64,000 bases of DNA from Actinomycetales bacterium (GTDB lineage Bacteria > Actinomycetota > Actinomycetes > Mycobacteriales > SCTD01): contig JAKFFB010000327.1 in the NCBI GenBank assembly GCA_036675425.1, positions 1,250 through 65,249 on the forward strand, given 5' to 3'. The notes below the pieces were generated by a model. That model was given only the letters and a program-made list of their open reading frames with translations, had not been told where the DNA came from and searched no databases. Numbering within the stretch: the first letter of the stretch is position 1; every line of letters begins with the position of its first letter. A program made the position numbers and the translations under genes. Below are positions 53,959-62,447 of the stretch, one piece after another.

Positions 53959-54452
53959 GCGCACCGGTCCACAGCACGTTCAGCAGCCCCGCGTCCGTGG
54001 AGCAGGTCTTCGGCGTCCTCACCTCACCGGAGTGGGTGGACACCAAGGCCCAGCGGTTCTCCGACGACTCGCAGCTGGTGTCGCGGGAGGAGCGCGAGGA
54101 CGGAGGTGTGCTGCTGACGGTGTCCCGCACGCTGCCCGACGGCGTGCCCGGCTTCCTGCAGCGGTTCCTGCCCTCGGACGGCCGCGTCGTCGAGACCTTC
54201 GACTGGGGCCCGGCCCGGCCCGACGGCACGCGGCACGGCGAGTGGAAGGCCGACATCGCCGGGGCGCCGGCCCGGCTCGGGGGCGCCATGCGGCTCGACC
54301 CCACCGAGGTCGGCAGCGCGTACACCATCGAGGGCGACGTCAAGGTCAAGGTGCCGCTCATCGGCGGCCGGGCCGAGAGCTACATCGCCGAGATGGTCGG
54401 CAAGCTGGCGGCCAAGGAGGCCGAGCTCCTCCGTGACACCCTGGGCGTATGA
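53955..54452 (+). CDS. DUF2505-type (SRPBCC-like) protein, copy 1
   Basis: 165 aa. ATGA overlap with the CNNM gene. GVPGFLQRFLP...VKVKVPLIGGRAESYIAEMV is the family-typical C-terminal half. Confidence 0.65.
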   Translation: MSAPVHSTFSSPASVEQVFGVLTSPEWVDTKAQRFSDDSQLVSREEREDGGVLLTVSRTLPDGVPGFLQRFLPSDGRVVETFDWGPARPDGTRHGEWKADIAGAPARLGGAMRLDPTEVGSAYTIEGDVKVKVPLIGGRAESYIAEMVGKLAAKEAELLRDTLGV

Positions 54453-54946
54453 GCACCGCGTTGCACGCCGCCTACGCCCTGCCCTGCGACGTCGAGACGG
54501 CGTACGCCGCGCTGTCCGGGGAGGGCTGGCCCGCGGCGAAGGACGCCGCGCTGCACGACGGCAGCCGGCTGGAGAGCCGCGAGGAGACCGCCGACGGCGG
54601 GGTCGTGCTGCGCTCGACCCGCGGCATGCCGAGCGGCATCCCGGGCTTCCTGGAGAAGATCCTGCCCGCCGACGGCCGGGCGGGGCAGACCGACACCTGG
54701 GGTCCGGCGCAGCCGGACGGCTCGCGCGCCGGGACGTGGCGCGCCGACGTCCCGGGGGCGCCGGTCGACGTCCACGGCACGATGCGGCTGCTCCCGACGG
54801 CGACCGGTTGCGAGTACGTCATCGAGGGCACCGCGAAGGTCAAGATCCCGCTGATCGGCGGCAAGGCCGAGAAGTTCGTGGCGGACGCGACGGCCCGCAC
54901 CACCGCCGGCGAGGCCGACGTGCTGCGGAGCCTGGTCACCGGCTGA
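54449..54946 (+). CDS. DUF2505-type (SRPBCC-like) protein, copy 2
   Basis: 165 aa. ATGA overlap with copy 1. The paralogous GIPGFLEKILP...AKVKIPLIGGKAEKFVADAT is present. Confidence 0.65.
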   Translation: MSTALHAAYALPCDVETAYAALSGEGWPAAKDAALHDGSRLESREETADGGVVLRSTRGMPSGIPGFLEKILPADGRAGQTDTWGPAQPDGSRAGTWRADVPGAPVDVHGTMRLLPTATGCEYVIEGTAKVKIPLIGGKAEKFVADATARTTAGEADVLRSLVTG

Positions 54947-54979
54947 CCGGCCGGTCCGCCGCGGTGGGAGGATGGACCC

Positions 54980-55963
54980 ATGTCATCGCGTCCCCGCGTC
55001 CTCTCGGGCATCCGCCCGACCGGTGAGAGCTTCCAGCTCGGCAACTACGTCGGGGCCGTGCGGCACTGGGCGGCCATGCAGGACGAGAACGACTGCTACT
55101 TCTTCGTCGCCGACCTGCACGCGCTGACCGAGACGCCCGAGCCGGAGGGCTACCGCCTGCGCATCAGGCAGTCGGTGGCGGAGCTGCTGGCGATGGGCGT
55201 CGACCCGGAACGCAGCACCCTCTTCGCGCAGAGCCACGTGCCCGAGCACGCCGAGCTGTCCTGGGTGCTCGGCTGCCTGACCGGCTTCGGCGAGGCCAGC
55301 CGGATGACGCAGTTCAAGGACAAGGGCGGGGGCTCGGTCGGCCTCTTCTACTACCCGGTGCTGATGGCGGCGGACATCCTCATCTACCAGGCCGACGCCG
55401 TGCCGATCGGCGAGGACCAGCGCCAGCACCTGGAGCTGACCCGCGACCTGGCCCAGCGCTTCAACGCCCGCTACGGCGACACCTTCGTGCTCCCGGCGCC
55501 GTACGAGGGCAGGCCCGGCGAGCGGATCAAGGACCTGCAGGAGCCCACCCGCAAGATGAGCAAGACCATCGGCGGCACCGGCACGATCTGGGTCCTCGAC
55601 GACCCGAAGACGCTGACCAAGAAGATCAAGAGCGCCGTCACCGACACCGGCCGCGAGGTGCGTGTCGCCGACGACAAGCCCGGCATCACCAACCTGCTCA
55701 CGATCCTGTCGGTCTGCACCGGCAAGGCCGTGCCGGAGCTCGAGGACGCCTACGCCGGCAAGGGCTACGGCGACTTCAAGGCCGACGTCGCCGAGGCGGT
55801 CGTCGAGCTGTTCGCCCCCGTGCGCGAGCGCTACGCCGGCTTCATCGACGACCCGGCGGAGCTCGACCGGGTGCTCGCCGCCGGCGCCGAGCGGGCCCGC
55901 GAGATCGCGGTCCGGACGATGACGACGGTCCGGGAGCGGGTCGGCCTGCTCGCGCCGACATGA
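54980..55963 (+). CDS. trpS: Tryptophan--tRNA ligase
   Basis: SGIRPTGESFQLGNYVGA (TIGN/HIGH-equivalent region), YPVLMAADIL, GEDQRQHLELTRD and KMSKT are present. Confidence 0.9.
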   Translation: MSSRPRVLSGIRPTGESFQLGNYVGAVRHWAAMQDENDCYFFVADLHALTETPEPEGYRLRIRQSVAELLAMGVDPERSTLFAQSHVPEHAELSWVLGCLTGFGEASRMTQFKDKGGGSVGLFYYPVLMAADILIYQADAVPIGEDQRQHLELTRDLAQRFNARYGDTFVLPAPYEGRPGERIKDLQEPTRKMSKTIGGTGTIWVLDDPKTLTKKIKSAVTDTGREVRVADDKPGITNLLTILSVCTGKAVPELEDAYAGKGYGDFKADVAEAVVELFAPVRERYAGFIDDPAELDRVLAAGAERAREIAVRTMTTVRERVGLLAPT

Positions 55964-55973
55964 GCCGGCCCTG

Positions 55974-56528
55974 ATGGCCCGCCGCGACTTCGGCGTCGCG
56001 TTCGGCCTGCCCGAGCCGTACACCAGCGAGCTGCAGGGCTGGCGCGAGCGGCTCGGCGACCCGAACGCCTCCGGCATCCCGCCGCACGTCACGCTGCTGC
56101 CCCCGACGGCGCTGCCGGAGGAGTCGCTGCCGGAGGTCGAGGAGCACCTGCGCGCCGTCGCGGCGTCGGAGCAGCCCTTCCGGATGCACCTGCGCGGGTC
56201 GGCGAGCTTCCGGCCCGTGTCGCCGGTGGTCTTCGTGCCGCTGGTCGAGGGGATCGCCGACTGCGAGCGGGTGGAGAGCAAGGTCCGCTCGGGGCCGCTC
56301 AGCCGCGAGGTGAGCTTCCCGTACCACCCGCACGTCACCGTGGCGCACGACCTGGGGGAGCCGGCGCTGGACCGGGCCTTCGAGAGCCTGGCCTCCTACG
56401 AGGCCGTCTTCGACGTCTGGGGCTTCACCCTGTTCGAGCAGGACCGCGAGGGCGTCTGGCGGCCGCAGCGCGACTTCCCCTTCGGCGCCGGCGGGCGGCC
56501 GGGGCCGCAGGCGCCGCCGGGACGTTGA
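55974..56528 (+). CDS. 2H phosphoesterase / 2'-5' RNA ligase (LigT-like) family protein
   Basis: Two HxT motifs are present: PPHVTLLP and HPHVTVAH. Confidence 0.75.
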   Translation: MARRDFGVAFGLPEPYTSELQGWRERLGDPNASGIPPHVTLLPPTALPEESLPEVEEHLRAVAASEQPFRMHLRGSASFRPVSPVVFVPLVEGIADCERVESKVRSGPLSREVSFPYHPHVTVAHDLGEPALDRAFESLASYEAVFDVWGFTLFEQDREGVWRPQRDFPFGAGGRPGPQAPPGR

Positions 56529-56557
56529 CCACGCGCGCAACCGGGTAGGGGCGTTTC

Positions 56558-57757
56558 ATGATCAGCCCCAAGGCGGCCCTCGCGAGCGCCCGCGACCGAC
56601 GCCCGTTCCTCGACCACCTGATCCGCGCCTTGGGCCGCTACCAGGCCGATGCCGGCGACCGGCAGGCCGCGGCGGTGACGTTCTTCGGGTTCCTGTCGTT
56701 CTTCCCGATCCTCGCCCTGGCGACGTCGGTGCTGTCGTACGCCCTCGGCGACGAGGCGGTCGGCACCGTGGTGCGGGAGGTCAACTCCTACGCCCCCGGC
56801 CTCGCCGACCAGCTCGGGCTCGAGGAGATCCTCAGCAACAACACCAAGGCCGGCGTCGCCGGGCTGCTCGGGCTCGTCGGCCTGCTCTACTCCGGGCTGG
56901 GCTGGGTCGACGCGTTGCGCGAGGCGATCCGCGCCATCTGGCACCACAACGTCAAGGCCGGCAACTTCCTGGTCAAGAAGGCCAAGGACGTCGTGATCCT
57001 GCTCGGGCTCGGCGTGACCGTGGTCGCCTCGGTCGCGGTCTCCGCGGCGACGGGCGCCTTCACCGACGTCGCCCTCGACGCCGTCGGCCTGGAGACCACC
57101 TTCGTCGCCACCGCGCTCGCGAAGGTCGTCGGCATCACGCTGGGCCTGGCCACCAGCACCGCCCTGTTCCTCTTCCTGTTCTGGCGGCTGCCGAAGGTGC
57201 AGTCGCCGTTCCGGCGAGTGGTGCGCGGGGCGCTGCTCGCGGCGGTGCTCTTCGAGCTGCTCAAGCGGGTCGGCGCGATCTACATCGAGCGCACCACCGA
57301 GAACCCGCTCTACGGCAGCTTCGCCGTCATCGTCGGCCTGCTGGTGTGGATCAACGTCGTGTCGCGGATGCTGCTGATCTGCGCCGCGTGGACCGTGACG
57401 GCGCCGTACGACTCCGACATCGAGCCGTCCGGTACCGCCAACGCCGAGACCGCGGTCAAGGCGGGCATCCCGACCGAGTTCGCCGACAGCGACCCCGACG
57501 ACCCGCCCACCCTGCAGGAGGACGGCGCGCCCAGCCCGCTGGCCGCCGCCGTGCAGGGCGTGACCCCGTCGCAGGACGTCCCGGACGGGCGGCCGGGCGA
57601 GCGGGCTCAGGACGCGGCTGTCGCCACGCTGGAGCGCCCGGGGGAGACCCGTGTCCGCCAGGCTGCGCAGTTCACCTCGGGGGCGATGGGGGTCGTGCTG
57701 GCCGCGGTCCTGCTGCACGCCCTGCGGACCGTCCGCGACCTGGTCCTGCGCCGCTGA
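56558..57757 (+). CDS. YihY/BrkB-family membrane protein
   Basis: AAVTFFGFLSFFPILAL and six TM helices are present. The C-terminal tail is acidic and Pro-rich. Confidence 0.8.
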   Translation: MISPKAALASARDRRPFLDHLIRALGRYQADAGDRQAAAVTFFGFLSFFPILALATSVLSYALGDEAVGTVVREVNSYAPGLADQLGLEEILSNNTKAGVAGLLGLVGLLYSGLGWVDALREAIRAIWHHNVKAGNFLVKKAKDVVILLGLGVTVVASVAVSAATGAFTDVALDAVGLETTFVATALAKVVGITLGLATSTALFLFLFWRLPKVQSPFRRVVRGALLAAVLFELLKRVGAIYIERTTENPLYGSFAVIVGLLVWINVVSRMLLICAAWTVTAPYDSDIEPSGTANAETAVKAGIPTEFADSDPDDPPTLQEDGAPSPLAAAVQGVTPSQDVPDGRPGERAQDAAVATLERPGETRVRQAAQFTSGAMGVVLAAVLLHALRTVRDLVLRR

Positions 57758-57760
57758 GGC

Positions 57761-58951
57761 CTAGCGTCGGCCGGCGGGGACGCGGGTGGGCTGGGTGCGC
57801 TGCACCGGGACCGTGCGGCGCACAGGTGCGGGGGCCGGGCGGTGCCGCACCGACAGGACGGCTGCGGCGGCGAGGCCGAGACCGGCGAGCGTGACCGGGA
57901 AGCCCCGACCGTCCCCACCGGTCAGCGGGGCGGAGCGCGCCTGCACAGCGGGCTCCTCGACCGCCTCCTCCGGCGTCGCCTCCGGGTCGACGAGCGTGCC
58001 GACCGGGTCGGCGACGGCGGCGGCGGCGAAGCCCCAGTCGAGGAGCTTGATCGCCTCGTCGGCGACCTTGGGGTTGGCCCGCATGAGCGTCACGACCAGC
58101 CGGCGGCCGTCGCGCTCGGCGGCACCGACGAAGCTCGCCCGGGCGCGGCTGGTGAAGCCGTTCTTGATGCCGAGGCCGCCCTCGTAGCTCTTGAGCAGCT
58201 TGTTCTTGGTGTACATCTCGATCCGCGCGCTGCCCGGCGCGCTGACGCTGCCGCGCTTCATGGCGGCGTACGCCGCGAAGTCGGGGTCGGCCATGCCGGC
58301 CCGCGCGATGAGCGCCAGGTCGTACGCCGAGCTGACCTGGCCCTCGGCGTCCAGGCCGTGCGGGTTCACGGCGCGGGTGTCGTAGGCGTGCAGGCTGCGC
58401 GCCTTCTCGTTCATCAGCGCGGCGGTGGCCTCCTGGCCCCCGGCGGCTGAGGCGAGGACGTTCGCGGCGTCGTTGCCGCTGACCATCATCAGCGCCGAGA
58501 ACAGCTCGGAGATCGGGTATCCCACGCGCTCGACCAGCCCGACCTTGCTGCCCTCGACGTTGATGTCGTCGAAGACCGGCACCACCTTGCGGGTGGGCTC
58601 GAGGATCGGGATCAGGGTGACCGCGGTCAGCGTCTTGAGGGTGCTGGCCGGGGCGTAGCGGCCGTGCGCGTCCTTCGCGGCGAGCACCTTGCCGCTGTCG
58701 AGGTCGGCGACCACGAAGCTGCTCGCCGAGATGCCCGCCGGCAGCGCCGGAGCGGTGCGGTCGACCACCACACCGGGTGAGCCGAGCCGCTCGCCGCCGA
58801 CGGTCTCGTCCTCCGGTCCGGCCGCTGCCGGGGTCGCCGTGACGACGACCGCGAGCACTGCTGCGGTGACCAGTCGGAGGGGAGTGCGCACGGCTCCGGA
58901 CGCTACCGGCGGAGGCGCCCCGCCGCCGTCAGCCACACCGCCGTACGGCAA
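57761..58951 (-). CDS. D-alanyl-D-alanine carboxypeptidase (S11 penicillin-binding protein)
   Basis: SxxK is PASTLKT, SxN is VSGND and KTG-like is IKNGFT. There is an N-terminal signal and a C-terminal TM anchor (FPVTLAGLGLAAAAVL). The exact start is uncertain. Confidence 0.85.
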   Translation of the reverse strand: MPYGGVADGGGAPPPVASGAVRTPLRLVTAAVLAVVVTATPAAAGPEDETVGGERLGSPGVVVDRTAPALPAGISASSFVVADLDSGKVLAAKDAHGRYAPASTLKTLTAVTLIPILEPTRKVVPVFDDINVEGSKVGLVERVGYPISELFSALMMVSGNDAANVLASAAGGQEATAALMNEKARSLHAYDTRAVNPHGLDAEGQVSSAYDLALIARAGMADPDFAAYAAMKRGSVSAPGSARIEMYTKNKLLKSYEGGLGIKNGFTSRARASFVGAAERDGRRLVVTLMRANPKVADEAIKLLDWGFAAAAVADPVGTLVDPEATPEEAVEEPAVQARSAPLTGGDGRGFPVTLAGLGLAAAAVLSVRHRPAPAPVRRTVPVQRTQPTRVPAGRR

Positions 58952-58963
58952 GAGGACCAGGCG

Positions 58964-59719
58964 TCAGACGCGGCGGAAGATCAAGGCGCGCTTGACCTCC
59001 TGGATCGCCTTCGTGACCTGGATGCCGCGGGGGCAGGCGTCGGTGCAGTTGAAGGTCGTGCGGCAGCGCCACACGCCCTCCTTGTCGTTGAGGATCTCCA
59101 GCCGCTCCTCGGCGCCGGCGTCACGGCTGTCGAAGATGAAGCGGTGGGCCGCGACGATCGCCTGCGGGCCGAAGTACTGGTCGTCGACCCAGTAGACCGG
59201 GCACGACGAGGTGCAGGCGGCGCACATGATGCACTTCGTCGTGTCGTCGAACCGCTCGCGGTCCTCGGCCGACTGCAGTCGCTCGCGGCTCGGCTCGCGG
59301 CCCTCGGTGATGAGGAACGGCTTGACCGCCTTGAAGGCGTCGAAGAACGGCTCCATGTCGACGACGAGGTCCTTGAGGACCGGCAGCCCCTTGATCGGCT
59401 CGACCAGGATCTCGTCGCCGAGGTCCTTCACCAGCACCTTGCAGGCCAGCCGGTTGACGCCGTTGATGCGCATCGCGTCGGAGCCGCAGACGCCGTGCGC
59501 GCAGGAGCGGCGGAAGGTGAGCGATCCGTCCTGGTACCACTTGATCTGGTGCAGCGCGTCGAGCAGGCGGTCGCCCTTCTCGACCGGCACCTCGAAGGTC
59601 TGCCAGTTCGCCTCGGGGTCGACCTCGGGGTCGAAGCGGCGCACCTTGATGGTGACCATCCGCTGGTGCTCGGCGACGGGCGAGGGAGCTGCCGACGGAC
59701 GGTCCTCGGTGACAGTCAT
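58964..59719 (-). CDS. sdhB: Succinate dehydrogenase iron-sulfur subunit
   Basis: ATG 59719 shares one nucleotide with the sdhA TGA. The Cys clusters are CAHGVCGSDAMRINGVNRLAC, CIMCAACTSSCP and CRTTFNCTDACP. Confidence 0.95.
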   Translation of the reverse strand: MTVTEDRPSAAPSPVAEHQRMVTIKVRRFDPEVDPEANWQTFEVPVEKGDRLLDALHQIKWYQDGSLTFRRSCAHGVCGSDAMRINGVNRLACKVLVKDLGDEILVEPIKGLPVLKDLVVDMEPFFDAFKAVKPFLITEGREPSRERLQSAEDRERFDDTTKCIMCAACTSSCPVYWVDDQYFGPQAIVAAHRFIFDSRDAGAEERLEILNDKEGVWRCRTTFNCTDACPRGIQVTKAIQEVKRALIFRRV

Positions 59720-61479
59720 CAGTACTTGCGCTCCATCGGCTGGTATCGGGTCTGCACGACCGGCTTGTAGTCCAGCCGCACGTCGGACTGGAAGCCGGGA
59801 GCGGCCTTGTAGGCCATCGTGTGGCGCATGAAGTTGACGTCGTCGCGGTTCGGGTAGTCCTCGCGGAAGTGCCCGCCGCGCGACTCGTTGCGCGCCTTCG
59901 CCGACACCACCAGGCACTCGGCCAGGTCGAGCAGGAAGCCCAGCTCGACGGCCTCGAGCAGCTCGGTGTTGTAGCGCATCCCGCGGTCGGCGACGCCGAC
60001 GCGCAGGTAGCGCTCCTTGAGGGCCGCGATGTCGATCTCGGCCTGCTTGAGCGTCGCCTCGGTGCGGTAGACGGAGGCGTTGGTGTCCATCGTCTCCTGC
60101 AGGTCGGCGCGGATCCGCGCGACCAGCTCGGTGCCGCCGCCCTCGCGGAGCCGCTGCAGCAGCGTGAGCGTGTCCGCCTCGGGTGAGGGCGGCAGGTCGA
60201 CGAAGTCGTGGCTGTTGGCGTACGCCGCAGCGGACAGGCCGCCCCGCCGCCCGAAGACGTTGATGTCGAGCAGGGAGTTCGTGCCGAGGCGGTTCGCGCC
60301 GTGCACCGACACGCACGCGACCTCGCCGGCGGCGAACAGGCCGGGCACGACGTCGGTGTTGTTGCGCAGCACCTGGGCGTCGATGTTGGTCGGCACGCCG
60401 CCCATCGCGTAGTGCGCGGTCGGCTGGATCGGGATCGGGTCGGTGTAGGGCTCGATGCCGAGGTAGGTGCGGGCGAACTCGGTGATGTCCGGCAGCTTCG
60501 CGTCGAGCTGCTCCGGCGGCAGGTGCGTCAGGTCGAGCAGCACGTGGTCGCCCGCCGGACCGCAGCCGCGGCCCTGGCGGATCTCGGTGTAGATGGCGCG
60601 GGCGACCATGTCGCGCGGCGCGAGGTCCTTGATGGTGGGGGCGTAGCGCTCCATGAAGCGCTCGCCGTCCTTGTTGCGGAGGATGCCGCCCTCGCCGCGG
60701 GCGCCCTCGGTGAGCAGGATGCCCATCTTCCAGATGCCGGTCGGGTGGAACTGGAAGAACTCCATGTCCTCCAGCGGCAGGCCCTTGCGGTAGACGATGC
60801 CCATGCCGTCGCCGGTCAGGGTGTGCGCGTTCGAGGTGACCTTGAAGACCTTGCCGAAGCCGCCGGTCGCGAACAGGACCGCCTTGGCGTGGAAGACGTG
60901 CAGGTCGCCGGTCGCCAGCTCGTACGCCACGACACCGCTGGTGACCTGCTGGCCGTCCACCTCGGTCAGGGCGAGGTCGAGGACGTAGAACTCGTTGAAG
61001 AAGTCGATGTCGTGCTTCACGCACTGCTGGTAGAGCGTCTGCAGGATCATGTGGCCGGTCCGGTCCGCCGCGAAGCACGAGCGGCGTACGGCGGCCTCGC
61101 CGTGGTTGCGGGTGTGCCCGCCGAAGCGGCGCTGGTCGATCCGGCCCTCAGGGGTGCGGTTGAACGGCAGGCCCATCTTCTCGAGGTCGAGGACCGCGTC
61201 GATGGCCTCCTTGCACATCACCTCGGCGGCGTCCTGGTCGACGAGGTAGTCGCCGCCCTTGACCGTGTCGAAGGTGTGCCACTCCCAGTTGTCCTCCTCG
61301 ACGTTGGCGAGGGCGGCGCACATGCCGCCCTGCGCCGCGCCGGTGTGGGAGCGGGTCGGGTAGAGCTTGGTCAGCACGGCGGTCCGCGACCGCTGGCCGG
61401 CCTCGAGAGCGGCGCGCATGCCGGCGCCGCCGGCACCCACGATGATCGTGTCGTACCGGTGGTGGTGGACGTTCGCCAT
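59719..61479 (-). CDS. sdhA: Succinate dehydrogenase flavoprotein subunit
   Basis: IIVGAGGAGMRAA, the covalent-FAD His in RSHTGAAQGG, plus HPTG and GANRLG are present. Confidence 0.95.
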   Translation of the reverse strand: MANVHHHRYDTIIVGAGGAGMRAALEAGQRSRTAVLTKLYPTRSHTGAAQGGMCAALANVEEDNWEWHTFDTVKGGDYLVDQDAAEVMCKEAIDAVLDLEKMGLPFNRTPEGRIDQRRFGGHTRNHGEAAVRRSCFAADRTGHMILQTLYQQCVKHDIDFFNEFYVLDLALTEVDGQQVTSGVVAYELATGDLHVFHAKAVLFATGGFGKVFKVTSNAHTLTGDGMGIVYRKGLPLEDMEFFQFHPTGIWKMGILLTEGARGEGGILRNKDGERFMERYAPTIKDLAPRDMVARAIYTEIRQGRGCGPAGDHVLLDLTHLPPEQLDAKLPDITEFARTYLGIEPYTDPIPIQPTAHYAMGGVPTNIDAQVLRNNTDVVPGLFAAGEVACVSVHGANRLGTNSLLDINVFGRRGGLSAAAYANSHDFVDLPPSPEADTLTLLQRLREGGGTELVARIRADLQETMDTNASVYRTEATLKQAEIDIAALKERYLRVGVADRGMRYNTELLEAVELGFLLDLAECLVVSAKARNESRGGHFREDYPNRDDVNFMRHTMAYKAAPGFQSDVRLDYKPVVQTRYQPMERKY

Positions 61480-61494
61480 GGTGGAGGCGCTCCC

Positions 61495-61944
61495 TTAGCC
61501 CGTGATGTCGGGGTCGAAGGTGAAGATCACGAGAGTGCCGAGGACGAGCACGAGGAACGACGAGACGTAGAGCAGCATCTTCAGCCAGAAGCGGGTGCCG
61601 TCGCGCTCGGCGTAGTCGTTGATGATCGTGCGCAGGCCGTTCGTGCCGTGCAGCATCGCCAGCCACAGCTGGACCAGGTCCCAGGTGCGCCAGAACGGCG
61701 AGGCCCAGCGGCCGGCCACGAAGCCGAAGTTGATGCGCTGCACCCCGTCGTCGAGCAGCAGCATGATGAACAGGTGGCCGAGCACGAGGAAGACCAGCAG
61801 CAGGCCTGAGATCCGCATGAAGATCCACGCGTACATCTCGAAGCTGGTGCCGCGCCGGGTCGTGGAGCGGGTCCGACGGCTGCGCGGCGCCTCGAGCCCG
61901 AGCCCGGCGGTGGTCTCCGCGCCGGAGTCGGCGACGGCGGTCAC
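61495..61944 (-). CDS. sdhD: Succinate dehydrogenase membrane anchor subunit
   Basis: GTG 61944 overlaps the sdhC stop. Three TM helices are present, with His in LVLGHLF and MLHGTNG. Confidence 0.8.
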   Translation of the reverse strand: MTAVADSGAETTAGLGLEAPRSRRTRSTTRRGTSFEMYAWIFMRISGLLLVFLVLGHLFIMLLLDDGVQRINFGFVAGRWASPFWRTWDLVQLWLAMLHGTNGLRTIINDYAERDGTRFWLKMLLYVSSFLVLVLGTLVIFTFDPDITG

Positions 61945-62333
61945 GCGGCGCTCCCGAAGAGCTCGGCGACGGTGTGCTCCACCATCCGCCAGGTGGCCGG
62001 GACCATGACGACGACGAGGATGCCGACGACGGCGTACGTCATCTGCTTCTGGTAGCGCGTGCCCTTGGCCCAGAAGTCGATGAGCATCACCCGGATGCCG
62101 TTGAGCGCGTGGAAGAGCACCGCACCGACCAGGCCCACCTCCATGAGGTTGACCAGCGGCGTCTTGTAGGTGTCCATGATCCGGTCGTAGGAGTCGGGGG
62201 AGACCCGGACCAGGGCCGTGTCCAGCACGTGGGCGAAGAGGAAGAAGAAGATCAGGACGCCGGTGACGCGGTGCGCCACCCAGCTCCACATGCCCTCGCG
62301 CCCCCGGTAGAGGGTCCCTGCTGGTGCCTGCAC
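61941..62333 (-). CDS. sdhC: Succinate dehydrogenase cytochrome b subunit
   Basis: 130 aa with three TM helices. The heme-ligand His context is WVAHRVTGVLIFFFLFAHV, FHALNG. Confidence 0.85.
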   Translation of the reverse strand: MQAPAGTLYRGREGMWSWVAHRVTGVLIFFFLFAHVLDTALVRVSPDSYDRIMDTYKTPLVNLMEVGLVGAVLFHALNGIRVMLIDFWAKGTRYQKQMTYAVVGILVVVMVPATWRMVEHTVAELFGSAA

Positions 62334-62447
62334 CGCGTCGCCTTCCCGCCTGACCAGGCGCTCACCTGGATCGAGTCATGCTATCGACGGCTCCGCGGCC
62401 TGGCGCGCCGGGCGCTGTGACGCTCTGCACACCTGGCCGCACCGCGC

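Noticed and set aside
54947-54979. T-box or attenuator leader for trpS.
   Set aside because: Only 33 nt separate trpS from the preceding gene, which is far too short for a T-box or leader-peptide attenuator.
54980-55963. Unusual HIGH-region sequence (SFQLGNY) in TrpS as a sign of a divergent or resistance paralogue.
   Set aside because: The first position of this motif is naturally variable in bacterial TrpRS (T-I-G-N in E. coli and Bacillus). KMSKT and the rest of the protein look canonical.
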